Assembly (NCBI RefSeq): GCF_009914755.1 | Contig: NC_060926.1 | From: the human T2T-CHM13v2.0 reference genome, Homo sapiens | Strand: one strand, 5' to 3' | Length of the DNA: 64,000 nucleotides | Shown: positions 1 through 14,659 of the stretch, one piece after another | Layout: each line of letters begins with the position of its first letter | Position numbering within the stretch: position 1 is the first letter of the stretch | Translations under genes and position numbers: made by a program | The notes under the pieces: model-generated | Seen by the model: only the letters and a program-made list of their open reading frames with translations | Told to the model about the DNA's origin: nothing | Database searches by the model: none

Positions 1-331
1 AGGGATCCCCAACCCCTGGGCCATGGAGCAGCACTGGTCTGTGGCCTGTTTGTTAGGAACTGGGCTGCACAGCAGGAGGTGAGTGGCAGGCGAGCCAGCA
101 TAACTGCCAGAGCTCTGCCTCCTGTCAGATTAGCGGCGGCAGCATTAGATTCTCGTAGGAGGCTGAACCCAATTGTGAACTGTGCATGCGAGCGATCTAG
201 GTTGTGCACTCCTTATGAGAATCTAACTAATGCCTGATGGTTTGAGGTAGAACAGTTTCATCCCAAAACTATCTCCCCTGCCGGGCCCCCACAAAAACAG
301 TCCCTGGTGCCAAAAAGGTTGGGGACTGCTG
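1..331 (+). mobile_element. MER1B (hAT-Charlie non-autonomous DNA transposon)
   Basis: Matches recalled MER1B consensus (GTCCCCAACCCC...TTAGGAAC...GCATTAGATTCTC...TATGAGAATCTAA...GGTTGGGGACTGCTG) with terminal inverted repeats; homologous to 21144-21464. Confidence 0.9.
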
Positions 332-435
332 ATCTAACTAATGCATGGTAGAAGTTGGATTGAATCCCTTGCTGTGGCAATTCTAAAGTCTACATTTTTA
401 AGCCTATCTTCTCTCTTAATGGGTCACAGGGTTAG

Positions 436-648
<213 letters not shown>

Positions 649-861
649 TGAAGTCATATAGCTTTAAAAGGCACTAGTACTTTGGCAGAAAAAAACTATT
701 ATCTGGTGTTTCTGTGAATTTCAGGACATAATGCAAGTGATTGACATTTTTTAATTTATGTTTTAAACTCAGTTAAATTATAGCATCTTTTTGTAAGTTC
801 ACAGGAATTTGAATTGTGCAAACTACAGACTGTTCTTATTTTGGTCACAGAGAATGCAAGA

Positions 862-1107
862 TGGTAGAGTGGGTAGGAGTGTAGATTCTGTGGTCAATTG
901 CCTGTTTCAAACCCCAGCCCTGCCATGTTCTAGCCCTGTCACTCTGAGAAACTTATTTACTCTCTCTGTCATCACCTTCCTCTCCTCGTCTCTAAATGGG
1001 CATAACAGCACCTATCCTGCAGGTTGTTGTGAGGTAAATTAGCATATGCAAAGCACTTAAATAGCAATTGGCATATAGTAAGTGTAGAACATGAAAACCT
1101 TTATTAC
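862..1107 (+). mobile_element. MIR SINE
   Basis: MIR core and 3' end: ttcaaaccccagccctgcca...aaatgggcataacagcacctatcctgcaggttgttgtgagg...aagcacttaa...ggcatatagtaagtg. Confidence 0.8.
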
Positions 1108-2929
1108 TGCTCCATGGATAGCTATCAACAATCCTAGAATGCACAAGAATTACTTACCCTCCTTAACTTTAATTGCCTATTTCAGAAAATCTGTGAACCT
1201 CAGCTAATATATCACAATGGGTGTTTAATAAGTGTTTGCAAATGATGATACATATACTTATAACCTACCCATCATGATTAATGTGTGAATACAATTTCAG
1301 AATTATTATTATTCAAAGTATTATTTTAACAATAATTCACCCGAAGATGCTGTCATATAAGAAGAAAGAAAAATTAGGAGACATATTAAAAGATTTGGTG
1401 CCCTCTATAAATACATCACCGACTCAAGAATTTAGTGAAGATAAAGGTCACGAATAAAATAGATCTAAAAGGTTCAGTGCTGTAGAATGCTTTCTGTGGG
1501 TTAATAATGCTTTCTATGGGTTAATAAAATAGATTTTCTATACCAAGATAACTGCCACTTATTACACACCATGGAGGGGAGTTTTTGAAAGAAGTATTTT
1601 AGGGTTATTTTGTCTACTTCATGATCCAAATGCCACAAGTCTGATTTTACCGAAACTATTCAGAATTTACCATTACCTGAACTATTCATAATCTGACTAT
1701 TTTTTATACCTTCTCTGTAAGCCCTAGTAAGTTTTCAAAGAATGCATACTTAGTTCATGTTTTGCTCATAGCTCTTAAAATGTGTAATCATAGTAAATAC
1801 AAGCTAACCAGAGAAAGTCAAATTGTATGCTTGATTTTCAGAAATGAACTTTGATATAAAATCCAAGGAAAATTGTATTAGAATTGAATTTAACATTTTA
1901 ATCTCTGGTTAGAATCAACTCATATAAACTGCTTATGGAAAAGAACAGAGAATGACTTAATTTTCAAATAATGGTATTGACGAAAACCTAGCCATGACCT
2001 TCTTTTCAATCTTATGATATGTGAGTCACAACAATCTGGCAAAAAGCATTATTTTTGTTTTAATTCAATGTGAAAATGTATTTTGCCCAGCTGCCGGAAG
2101 CTAAAGGAAGTCAAGAGAGACTGGACTATTTCTGACAATAAATATTTGCTTCTCACATATTGGCCATGCGACAATTTCATCAAATACGTGTGTGGAGCTA
2201 AAAATTTCAAGCTGCAGTCAGCTCTCACAGGCATTAATCTCCAGCATTAATCTCTAGAGTTAGCAAGAGAGCATTTTTTTTTCTGTTTTCATTCTAATTA
2301 CCTGAAGCTTTCGTAATAACAGGAAGCTTCAGGAAACCTAATTTCAAATGAAAATATCTCCTTTTTTTCTACCTTTCCTTCTAAAAGCAATTCTATCCCT
2401 GGGGGAAAAAGAATCCAACTATAATGCTTACTATGGTTAGGGCTAAAGATATAAGCATGTTTAAGGAAAGAAAGGGATCTTTTTGGATGAAGTAGCCGAT
2501 TTTATCCAAATAGTGCATAAAGGGAATATAAGGAGGCTCAGTAATGGAATCAACTGAGGGACCTTTTTAACCAGCAGAAGCTGGTTCATGGCAGAATAGA
2601 AAGAACACAGAGCTGAGTGTTGTGAAACAGAAGTTTTGGACATATTGTTAACTAGGTTTATGACCACAGGTACTCATTTCACCTCTGCTATAAAAGTGAT
2701 GGATTGGCCGAAATGATCTCTGAGGTTACTGCTAGCTTTAAATTTTTATTCCATGATAGATGAAACTGTAAAATATGTCTATCTGAAATATTAAATTGTG
2801 GGCCAATAATAGACACAGAGAACAGTAAAGAGGTAGAGTAGATGTCCCCCTTCAAATATTTAGTGAGAGTCGTGAATATGTTTTAGTAAAAATCATCTTA
2901 GTGCATCCTAATTTTAAAATCCAAAAACA

Positions 2930-3080
2930 CTGGCTACTTACTAGCTATGTGATTTTGGTCAATTTATACAACATTTGTGTTTGTTTCACTTTCTTTATTT
3001 GTTAAATGGGGGTAATAATAGTATCTACTCTGAGGGTTGTCTTGAGGATTCAATGGCTTAAAATTCAGAAAACACGTAAA
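2930..3080 (+). mobile_element. MIR SINE fragment
   Basis: cttactagctatgtgattttgg...aaatgggggtaataatagtatctactctgagggttgtcttgaggatt. Confidence 0.75.
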
Positions 3081-3512
3081 CATTCACTATTATAAGATAC
3101 CATGTATTTTTAAAATAAATAAGCACAAATTTATCTTATTAAAAATATAATTTGACCACTTTAAAGGCAGCCAATTGAAACACCTGTTGGTTACTCAGCA
3201 CTGTTAGGTGCAATAGCTTCTCATTCTGCTTGTTCCTGAATGTTCTTCCTATTATTCTATTCAGAGGAAGAAAAGCAGATTCATACGGCTGTCCTGAGCC
3301 AGCGGGGAGTTAACACTCATGGTTAATTCTCACACTTCCAACTGCAGTCATGATCTTCAAGAAGCCTGGTTAGGTTGCAGAGCTTAAGAACTTAGATTTT
3401 GGAATATTAAGGACAACCAAATTTCTGTCCTTTTAATAATATATAATAAAAATTATTGTTTGCTATTTATTTGAAATTTATTTTTCACAGATAGTCCCAA
3501 TAATATATTTGA

Positions 3513-3553
3513 GTGTGTGTGTGTGTGTGTGTGTGTGTAAGCATGTGTGTGTG
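3513..3553. repeat. (TG)n microsatellite
   Basis: Direct inspection; (GT)13 plus a short second tract. Confidence 0.97.
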
Positions 3554-4059
3554 CATACACACTTGCATGTAGGAGATGCTGTGGTGGGCTGCCCAGAAAC
3601 CTCTTTAGGACCTGGACATTCAGCTGGAAGTTTTGGCTGTTGATGATTCGTCTCAGCTTCCTCACTCGTGGGATATTGACACTCCAATGCTCTATCTATG
3701 CTGCAAAGAAAAATAGCTACTTCCTGGACAGACTTACAAAATTCTGGTCTTATGGTTCATTTACTCCAACCACAAACATGTATAGTGTGCCAGTTACTGA
3801 TGCCAGGCAAATTTCAAGTTGTTGAAGACACAGTGAAATTCACAAATAGTTAGTTGGTTTTTAAAGTGCCTCCAAAGGCACCATCCCTTGGGGAATCCAG
3901 CAAAATTAAAGAGGCTTGTTTAAAAGCCTTCAACGTTTATTATGTGGAAGGAAGTGTTTTCACTGGATTCATAGAGCACCCATTTTCAAGATTACATTCA
4001 GTTTTGTGAGTTTCATATATGGCTTGTAATCTACTGAGTATATTTTTATGTATATGGTC

Positions 4060-4300
4060 ATATAGCATAATGGTTAAGATCATTGCTTTTGGAATCAAGC
4101 TGCCTGCAAGACAAATCTTAGTTCTGATAAGTTTTGTCGTGCACTAGGTATCACCTTTGGACAAGTTATTTTACCTCTCTGTACATCAATTTCCTTGTCT
4201 TAAAATAGGAGTACTAGCAGTAATACAGGTTTCACTGGGTTCTTGTCAGTTTCCATATACAAAGGATTTAGAACAGTCACTGACAAATTAATAAATGCAA
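4060..4300 (+). mobile_element. MIR SINE
   Basis: tatagcataatggttaagatc...tttggacaagttattttacctctctgtacatcaatttcc...tagaacagt. Confidence 0.75.
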
Positions 4301-6639
4301 TTTAAAATCTGCAATCTTTATGATGGAATGTGGGAAAGCAAACCCTGCCACATTTAGGCTAAGCCCCAGATGTTGGTATTAGTCTCCCAGGGGTAGAGAA
4401 GGGGAAGACCATTTACAGATTCCTGAGGCCGACAGAGATAACAGAATTTTTTTTTCTTGCTCCTTACATTTTCTTCAGAAGTTTCATTTACCACTCATGG
4501 CAAGCTTTTAAAACATCCATTTGAAGAACAGCCTCCTTGGGGCTTGAAAGCCTTCTTAAGAAAACCAAAAAATAAATAAATGAAATCAAAAACAAAAAAG
4601 CAAATTAAACAGCATGTGCGAAAAACCTCTGCTTTCTCACTACATTGTGAGTAAAAAGCTCATCTGCCTGCATCAAGAGAATATCAAGCATGCTACAGTT
4701 TTTCTCCCATTGATCTCTTGCCAATATGGTTACAATAGGAGAAGCGAATCATGTAGTGTCCGAACTCTCACAGGGAGGTGTACTTAAAGTGCATTACTTC
4801 TACTCCTTAGGCAGCCAATCAATAAAGATGTGCTTTCCAATGAGAATGGAGATGTCTGTGGGCTGTAGCAGTTATCCTCTGTGTCTCTTTAGAAATTAAT
4901 TAAAAATCAATGAAGTGTGCAACCTATTAATACAGCAACCTCTAGATTAATAGAAGCTGAGCCTTTCTCTGAGCATACATATTGTGCAAATGCATTCAGA
5001 GACTACAGAGAGGTGGTTGAATGTCTGACACCTTAGTAATAATTGAGCAGAAACAGATCATTCCTAATATTTTGTGGTTTCACAGAATTGCATGCTACTG
5101 GTGGAAAACCACACAGCTTAGGGATAGGGATATGTATATACAATTTTCCTTCTTAAGCTGATTATATCAAATTTTATGAGGTATCCTTATTACAAAGCAA
5201 AACTTCTGCCATCATATAGACCTAAATAATTTCAATAACTATTTTCTTAAGTGTGGTTTACTTATCTATATGTCCAGGTGGTTGAGTTTATTTATAACTG
5301 CTGAATACTTTTATGTAAGTGTCTTTGCATTAAAAATGTGAAACTCCTAGAGCACTAAAGGCTCTTATGCAACTTGAGTATCCACATAAGGGGTTGAAAA
5401 GTGTGTCATTCAATTCAGTTCTGCCTTGTCTCATTTGGACAGCAATGGGCTTGGCCCCACTATGCAAATATCTGCCCAACGCATGTAAAACTCGCAAAAG
5501 TGGCACCTACATACTTCCTTCTGGAAGTCACCCAGCCACTTCCAAACTTCCTGATCTGCCCCATGCCCTCCTTCCTCAGGCTTGCTCCTCTCAAAATCCT
5601 CAGAAGGATTTGTACCATGGCTTCTGTTTTCATCTAAATCCCTTACTGTTGATTTGGATGCCCACTTTGACACACATCCTTGTTTCTACCTTTGCATTCT
5701 TCCTCGGAATTCCAGGGCTTTGTTTCCATCTAGTTCCTGCATAAAGACTAAGAGAAAGAGACTCCTGCTTTGCACCTTGGCTCATTTTCTAGCCTAATAT
5801 TACCATAGAAGTACCAGATATCATCACATTACTTAAAATGTGAATCATCTATCTTTAATTATTAAAACTGTCAAGAAATTGTCCTGGGAGAGTCTGCTGT
5901 CACTACAGGCTTCAGGACACATGTGATGGTATAGTAATAATACAAATTTCACTGTTTCTTGGCCCAACCTGCTTGGAGAGCACCTGTAGCTCCCTGCCTC
6001 TAAGAAGCCTTTTGCAGATATTTCTAGGGTTAGCCAGGAGCCTCATAGATGCTCATGGATAATCTTTCTTGTTTTTGTTTGTTTGTTTTTCAGGACTCTT
6101 CACTGATATCTGCAGTTGTTGAACCCACAGTTGAAGCTCCTGTGGAAATGCTGATATCTTTTCTGGGGCTGCTATCTCTTGATGCTCCAGAAGCTACAGC
6201 TTATAATGTTTCAAACCATTGCAATTATGCCCTTCCATCCTCCTTACCATGTCAGTGCTCTGCTGTCTTCCACACAGCCCTAGGGAGGAGTTCTACCCTC
6301 TTCTGAACTTTGTGCCTTATTTTGTCCTCAGCTGTATCACTAGCTATTCTTGAGTCCCTAGTAACAAACAAACAGTCTCCTTAAAAATCTTCAGTAAATT
6401 TAGATACTCATTCCATAAAGGCTCAGATCTAGTCCAAGAGGTAGCCATGGGAAATTGACATATTTCTCTTTGCTTAAGTCTTCTCTTTTTAACCATGTGC
6501 ATTTGCCATCATTTCCTCATTCTCCTTTACCCTTCAACAGACATGCACATACACTGAACCACGTTTTCACTCAGGTAGCCAAAAAAGCCCACAAGCAACT
6601 TGACTCTGCTTGGCCCTCCAGCTTCTTTTCTTGGAATTC

Positions 6640-6880
6640 TTCACCTTGAACTCTATGGCCAAGCAAAGCTGAAAACCCTCTAATTTCTTTTGCCTTTACA
6701 CTTACTATTTCCTTTATCTGGAACACCCCCTCACCATACACTGCCACACTCTTCCTACCATGCTACAGACACATGCTTGGTCAAATTTAACGTTTCTTAG
6801 ATCACAAATTAGATGTCATTTCCTCCACAAGATCTTCCCCAACTCCTAAATAGATTGGGTCACTCTACAACATAATGATA
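6640..6880 (+). mobile_element. L2 LINE 3' region fragment
   Basis: tttgcctttacacttactatttcctttatctggaacacc...cttagatcacaaattagatgtcatttcctcc resembles the L2 3' region. Confidence 0.55.
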
Positions 6881-6906
6881 ATGTCCAACTTTATCTATAG
6901 ACAGGT

Positions 6907-6945
6907 ATCTATCCATCCATCCATCCATCCATCCAACCATCCATC
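6907..6945. repeat. (ATCC)n microsatellite
   Basis: Direct inspection. Confidence 0.95.
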
Positions 6946-7129
6946 TGGAGCTAAACCCTGAGATTATCAAGCATTATTTTAAAAAAGCTTTTTGGATTTG
7001 CAGCTAAATCAAAGTTTTTTTATGATCAGAAAGGACATAAACTTGTATGCTCAGACTTTAAAAATGCTATATAACAAATTACCCAATGCTAACAGTTTCA
7101 TGTAGAGAGTAGATAAAGCACAAAGCCAA

Positions 7130-7276
7130 AATATATATGTGTGTATACACACACACACACGTATATATGTGTGTGTTATATGTATGTATGTATATACCTG
7201 TATATATGTATACGTGTGTATATATGTATTGAGATTTATATATACATATGTGTATATATATATATGAATCTCAATA
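7130..7276. repeat. Compound (TA)/(TG)/(CA) low-complexity tract ending in a fold-back (tattgagatt...aatctcaata)
   Basis: Direct inspection. Confidence 0.9.
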
Positions 7277-8169
7277 GAGCACTCATCTATTGACTTGATT
7301 AATTTGTCAAACTATTTTTAAGAGAATTAAACACTAAAATGAGTAATGGAAGAAGTAGAAAGCTATATTTTTTCGGCTTGTTCAAGTCCGAAAAATAAAG
7401 ATTTTTTTTATCTTCTATTCTTCACTTCAAACCCTTATGGACTGTTGAGTGCCTGGAACTGTGAATGGCGTGTTCCTGTGGAGATGACATAACTCAGTTT
7501 GACCCTCCTCACATTTACCAATTTCATCACGTTTTGGGACAGTCAATAAATAATAGTCGATTGATTGATTTCCTCCTCTCCCTACTCCTTACTCATCCTT
7601 ACTCTTTCTATCCTTTCATCTCTTTCTACTCTTTCATCCTTACTCTTTCTATTGCCTTTGGATCAAGAGGTCTGGAAAGAAGAAATTCCCAGCAGTAATA
7701 AATATACTTGCAAACATAACCTCATAACAATTAAAAATAAAGGAAGAGGAAAAGGTATAATAAATTTTAATATTATTGGCAATAATTTTCTATTGCTAAT
7801 GATGATTTTTATTACATTGTCCCTTTGCTTTTTATTTTTTAGTATTAAACATCTGTTAATTTTCAGGCTTACTTGCATATATGTTGCAAATTGCTTGCTG
7901 AATATTTTTAATTCTGGAATACTATTTGGGCTTTGGCCTAAATGCTATCGGTTTTCCCACAATTGTTAGGAAATTAGGGTATTGCTCATGCACACTGACA
8001 ATGTGAAATTTGAAAGCTGACCTCTTCTTTTGGTCTCCTCTCCAGTTCACAGATTTATGTGGTTAATATCTCATATGAAAGAAGGTTAAAAGCACATATC
8101 ATAAAAACAGTTCTAAAGGGTCATTTTTAACCCATTCCTGTTTATCATTGACATCTGGGGGAGTGGAGT

Positions 8170-8410
8170 GCAGGAATGAAGAGTGATTTCTGGGACAAGA
8201 CTTCCCAAACTTCATTATCAGCGCTGCCACTAACTATATGCAGCCATAGGCACGTTAGACATGTTAGTTACTCAGTCTGCCAATATCTTCATCTATAAAA
8301 TGGCAATAATAATAATACTTATCTCATAAGGTTGTTGTGAGAATTAAGTGAATGACTGTATGTAAAATTCTTAGAACAGTTAAGAGTAAAACTCAATGTT
8401 ATTAGTATTA
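8170..8410 (+). mobile_element. MIR SINE
   Basis: cttcatctataaaatggcaataataatacttatctcataaggttgttgtgagaattaagtga...cttagaacagt. Confidence 0.8.
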
Positions 8411-9379
8411 TGTCCTTTGTCCAGCACCTTGCATTACAGATGATTCTCATTTTCAAAAGTTCAGTTTTTAAGTAACTTGAAATTCCCTCCGATTTTAAGT
8501 ATAAAACACACTTTTATACTTAGAATCCCAAAGATCATCTATCAACTGCCAACCACATCTCCTGATAATGCTGTCTTTCCTATAATGGTTTAATTTCAGC
8601 ACCCTTACCATCGTTAAAGTTTGTGGGGTTTTTTTTGTATACTTTCATTTCTGTGTATAATTATCTGTATAACAAACATTTCACTTTAATGTTTAAAAGA
8701 TAATAGGGTAGAAAATGGAGATGATAAGAAAAACATTCTCATAGTAATATAATTAGGAAGAATTAAAAAATCACTAAAGAGACTAAAATTGGCTTATCTT
8801 TAGCCTCCACTGGACACTCATTGAACTTTAGCTGGATGACTATGTATTCATTAGAACAAAATTTAAGTACATGGAGAAAAGCTGTAAATATATAACTGTA
8901 CATGAGGTTTAAAGGTAAAACAAAATTAAATATTTTGTGTTACTCTTAAGTTATCTATAATTGAATCTCACTTATAACATGTAAATCTATCATTCACATT
9001 TTTAAAATTTTACTTTTGCCTCTTAGAAATACCTTACAAATGAAAATCAGGGACACCTTGTGTCCTATATTTGTGTATAGGTATGCATATTCCATTAGAT
9101 TATCAGCTATTTAAAGTTACAGGAGGAAAGACAAATTTTCTCTTGATCACTTTCTAGCTTATTGCATACATAATATACACTGTGTATACAACTCACTCTC
9201 TATGTAGTTGAAAAGAATAAAGTTTCCTTGTTTCTCTAAACAATCTTTTATTGAATAGAAATTATGTGCTGAACACTCTGCTAATTGTTTTACATATAAT
9301 GATATGTTATTTCCTTCAAGCTGTTCATTGTCTGCTGTGAGATACATACATGGACACAGATTACGTAAATGATGTGTTC

Positions 9380-10930
9380 AGAAAGTACAGAAAAAGGGAC
9401 ATGTAGCATATTCTGTGTTGATTACAAAAAAACTAACAAAAGTGGAATTTGAGCTTGATATTGAATGAAAATTAAATATTTAAATTTTTGGATAAAATAC
9501 AGTAAGAACATTCTAGACATAATAAAAAGCACGTAAAAAGGATAGAGTTCTAAAAGGTAATGGTATATTTAGAAAAAATGACAACTTCTTTGAGGATAGG
9601 ATCTAAATTAATTGTCAATGGCTAAAAGCGCCAAAATTAAGTGTCTAACTTAATTGTGATTACCTAACATGACGTGCACAGCAGTTACTAAAAGCCTTGA
9701 TAAAACAAATTGACTTGATCAGATTTGGCAGTTGTGTGGAGGACAAACAAGGGTAAAGCACATTAGAAAGAATCAAGGAGATCAATTGGGATACTATAAT
9801 ACTAGTTCCAATAGCAATGGTTTAGTGTTTGACTAAGACAGTAACTTGGAGAATTAAGTTTAGGTTAGAGCAGCAGACAGATATGGGACCTTACCAATGA
9901 GGTTAAACCATAAGAGAGCATGAGATAACTCAGATACTTTCTTCCAGGGAAAACACCGTTGTTAAATAAGTGAGTGCCAGAAAAGAATACCAGAAAAAGT
10001 GACCAAAAGTAATGACCAGATTTATAGGAGAAGAACAAAGACAGAGTGTTATTTCTTGTGGAGTTGTTGGAGAGGAAATGAGAGAATCTTAAGAAGGTAA
10101 AACTAGCGACAGTATCAAATACAATAGGGACGTACAAAAAGATAACAGAAGGGGGACCTTTGAATTTGGAAACGGGAATATTAGCAACCTGGTGAGTCAC
10201 TAGATTGCAGTGGACTCAAGAGTGAACAAGGATTTGAAGAACGGTGGTCCGCAAAACAACACAAAATTAGGCTCTTAAAACTAAATGAATACATAGGCTG
10301 TCACTTGAAAGAGGAAGTCACAAGTTTGGGATTGTTTATTCCTCCACCCCCAGAGAATTGAAATATTTATATGATGCATGAGAGGAGCCAGTGAGTCAGG
10401 AGATTGATGATACAGGTTGAGAAGAAATGAAGGAGAAATGTTCCAGCAGCAGAGATGGGATCAAATGTTCATGTAAGGAGGCAGGTTTGTAAAGGAAGAG
10501 ACATTTCCTCTGAGATAGCAACAAAGGAAATGTTGGAATCTGGAAGAGAACAAGATGGGGGGAGCTAATGTTTTCATACCAGTATTTTTCTTGGTAAATT
10601 GCGAAGCACTAACATAAGTTGAGGATGAGAGGAAAGATGGGATAGAGTGAATAGTTTTGAAGTGGCCAAAGGAGGACCATTGGTCTGATTTCACTCTGTG
10701 CACCAGCACAGCAGGTGTCCATGTAGAGTGGGTAAGAAAGCTCACATAAGATCAGGGTAAAGATTGCCAAAGAATACTGAGGCACAATATAAGATAAAAA
10801 CCATAACTTTGTAATTGCATCACCTGGCTGGAGTATTCTATTGTCCTCAGAAGCAGAGAAACAGAGAAATTGGATATTTGGGGTCACCCAGAGAAGATAC
10901 TAGCAGGTAAGTGAGACAGGAGGACAGAGA
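9380..10930 (-). mobile_element. Fragmented L2 LINE
   Basis: Long purine-rich stretch with antisense-L2 phrases (gacttgatcagattt, acagtatcaaatacaatagggac, ccagatt..cagtggac..aagagtgaa). Boundaries approximate. Confidence 0.6.
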
Positions 10931-12431
10931 TAAGGAAAAATGAACAAAAATAACTTCGTAGAAATACAAGAATGCTATTTCAAAGTGTCATGTATATGAG
11001 TTTTATTTTTAAGAGTTTTCTATATGTAAAGTCTTTTTAAAAACTCAGAATGGATTTGGACATTAGTATGAAGTTTGAAGTTAGTTTCTTCTTCAAAGAC
11101 TTTCTTACTATCACCAACAAATGCATGGGATCTGAAAAATTTATCTCATCTAAACATTTAAAAAATAAAGTCAGTTACTCCAGAACCAGATTTTTAAAAC
11201 TTAATTTTAAGCTTAATATCAAAATCTAAAAGTATCAGATAACTTTATAGAATCAGATAAAAAAGTGTATTCTAAAACAATGTGAATGAATTAGGTTTTT
11301 TTTAAAGCAAACTAAAAAGGTAGTCTTTACTATTTGATTTATTTATTTTAACAATTTGGCTTCCAGTAATTCCTTCTACGCTTTTAGTTATAAATGATCC
11401 ATGTCTCCTACTGGATTTAATTTTTATCTATCATATATTTTTGAAAGAGGTGAAGATTTTTTCCACATCACAATATATTAACATTTAACATAAGAAAACT
11501 ATAAACCCTCTATAAAACACTGAAAGCGTAAAACAACAAAGCAACATTCACAAGTCATGGTACCGAATAAATGGATTTAATGAAACCAGTGACCTTGTGT
11601 TACAAAAATCAGTGGGTTTCTTTTGCTGTCAAAGTGAGTTTATTTGAATCATAACTTCTATATTCCTTTACAATTATGATCATGTTTGGCAAAGTTGGAC
11701 TACCTTTATATGACTTTACAGTATTCAATTTCATTTTAAAAACATCTAATGCAAATTTAATACTTTATCTTTTATGACAAGACTTAGCTCAGCCTGAAAT
11801 AATCACTGTATTAACATTTTTTACCCATTCAAATAGTTCAATCCATTATTAGAAAAACAGCAAGCATCCCCAGCCTGTCATTAAGTCCTACTGTTTTAAT
11901 TACAAGAAAAAAAAAATACTCTATGGAAGGCTTTTGTGAATAATGGCACTGTAAACACAATCTTACGCAAAGATATGAAAATAAAATGGAGTGGAGTTTC
12001 TTTTCTACATCAATATTCTAGTAGAAATGCCATATTTTCTGGCAAAATAATGTAAAGTCTGTTAAAATATAATGGTTCTTTCTTTGAATTTAGTCACAAA
12101 GAGACACTGCTTAGAAATACATGTTACTTTCTACTATTTGGAAACACATGAAATCTGCATTCAAGGCCAATATTTTGATTAAAAAGTTCTACATCCACTA
12201 GGATTTAGCAGACTTATTTTTGACTTCTGACCAAATTTAGTTCCTCTTTCTGCATATTGTGGTTGCATGTAAATGTTTGCCAGTGTCAGGAGATTCAAGC
12301 TATTCAAACATTAAAATTAAGTGCTACCTAAGATTTATTTAAAAATAAAACCCAACTTTTGACCTTAGGAATTAGAATATTTAAATCAAAGTCTGTACAA
12401 AACTGAACACTTCATTAAGAACGCCTGTTAA

Positions 12432-12836
<405 letters not shown>

Positions 12837-12991
12837 TAGACTCTGCTGGATTTTCCAGCTTGAAGAAGGTGAATCTAAATCCAAACAGTATTGGAGAATA
12901 ACTAACTTTGAGCAAGGTGTTTGAACAGCCATTTATGATTTTTTAAAGATGACAAGGAAAATTGTATGTATATACATCTACCCAAACAGAT

Positions 12992-13016
12992 ACACACACA
13001 CACACACACACACACA
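12992..13016. repeat. (CA)n microsatellite
   Basis: Direct inspection. Confidence 0.95.
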
Positions 13017-14435
13017 ATTACACACAGAGATAATGCAATACAGATTATAAGAAATGATAATGAAGGTGCAAAGGCATATAAACACATGGGGTGAAATATG
13101 AATTCTGAATGGAGGAATTAGCAATGTTTGTTGAGAATGGAAATTGAATTACATTTTGAAGGACCAATAAAGGTTAGAATTCTTAGTACAGCTACAAATG
13201 CATTACAACCCCATCAATTTACACTTTTAAGATTAAGCCCAAGAATAGGTAAAATATTTTCTGTAAAAGGAATTACTTTAATAAAATATTTATGTAGAGC
13301 TACCATAGATGTCTGTTAACACTGAGGTCATGCATCTTCTTTCTATTGAGACAGTTCACTAAAAGATATGCAGTATTGTAAGAGATTTTAAAAAATTAAA
13401 TGCACATTTTTTGTTCTAAGATATTTAAAATCTCTTTGGGTAAACTATGATATTGAAGTATACATGCTCAATATATTTCAGTGTTCTCTATTAAGACAAA
13501 TTAATAAATTTGTTAATTACTATTCTATGTATACCTCTAACATCAACTTTAATCATCTTTACAAATTAAAATTATTTATGTCTAGATATTAATACTGATT
13601 AGTACCCAATAGTGTACCTCCTACAAGAAGCTTGATAACTAGTATTTAAGATATTGCTGATAATGTTTCTGAATTCCTATCAGAACCTTTTGGCTGAACT
13701 AGATAAAATTTACTTAAAGATAAGTTGCATTTTCATGTTATCACAGTATTGTTCTGAAATGTTTTAGACCGTGTAATATTAGTAGCAGAATACTGAAACT
13801 GGTATGAAAATAAGATGTTTCCTCAATAGTTTAACTGTTTTGTAAAATTTAATATTTTGTATTTCACAACCAGTGAAAAGTTCAGCTACTATTTTTATCT
13901 ATTAACATTTGCAGTTAAGGCATAGGGTTTTATTAAATTAGGAAATGGTTATTCATTATAATATAACCATAAATTGAGCTCTAGCTCATGAATGTGCTAA
14001 TTGTTCTTTTCTGCTGAGGATAGTAGCTTATATTCACTTTTAAAACTCAATAGACATAGTTCATATGCAATTTAGATTAAATCTGAGTATGAAATGGAAA
14101 GCACACTTACCATCTGTGAAGAAATGCCCTTATCCCTAATTAATATGTATCATGTATTATAGCCCATTTTATTACTGAAGACAAGTTATAAAACATAAAG
14201 TTGAGTTTAATAAAAAGAAAGCTAATTTAATGGGAATGAGAAATTGCCTACAAGAATATTGTAGTTAATGGATACAATAGTCTTTGCCTAGGGAAGGATA
14301 ACTTGATTTCCATGTAAGTTACAGGCCTGGATATAAGTGTACTTAGAAGAAGAGCAGAACAAGCCTCTAGAGGCTAACTAGGGAATTAACATTCAAGTGT
14401 TTATTGAGAATCTACTATATCTAGGTACTATGATA

Positions 14436-14650
14436 TAATAGCAATAACTTATATAATGAACACTCATCTAGCGCTTGCTAAATGATAAACACTGTCCTAA
14501 GCAGTTTACACAACCCCATGAAGTACATACTATTATTATTTCCATTTTACAAATAATGAAACTGAGGCACAGAGATGTTAAGTGACTTTCCCAAAAACAC
14601 ACAGCAAATAATAGAGTTGGAATTTTAACTGAGGCAGCCTGGTTTCAGGT
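14436..14650 (-). mobile_element. MIR SINE
   Basis: ccattttacaaataatgaaactgaggcacagagatgttaagtgactttccca is the antisense MIR core. Confidence 0.88.
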
Positions 14651-14659
14651 CTAAGGAAT

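Noticed and set aside
6049-6306. ORF with NYALPSSLPCQCS, reminiscent of the PTGER3 isoform tail NYASSSTSLPCQCS
   Set aside because: Similarity is limited to about 10 residues and the flanks do not match; most likely chance. BLAST would settle it.
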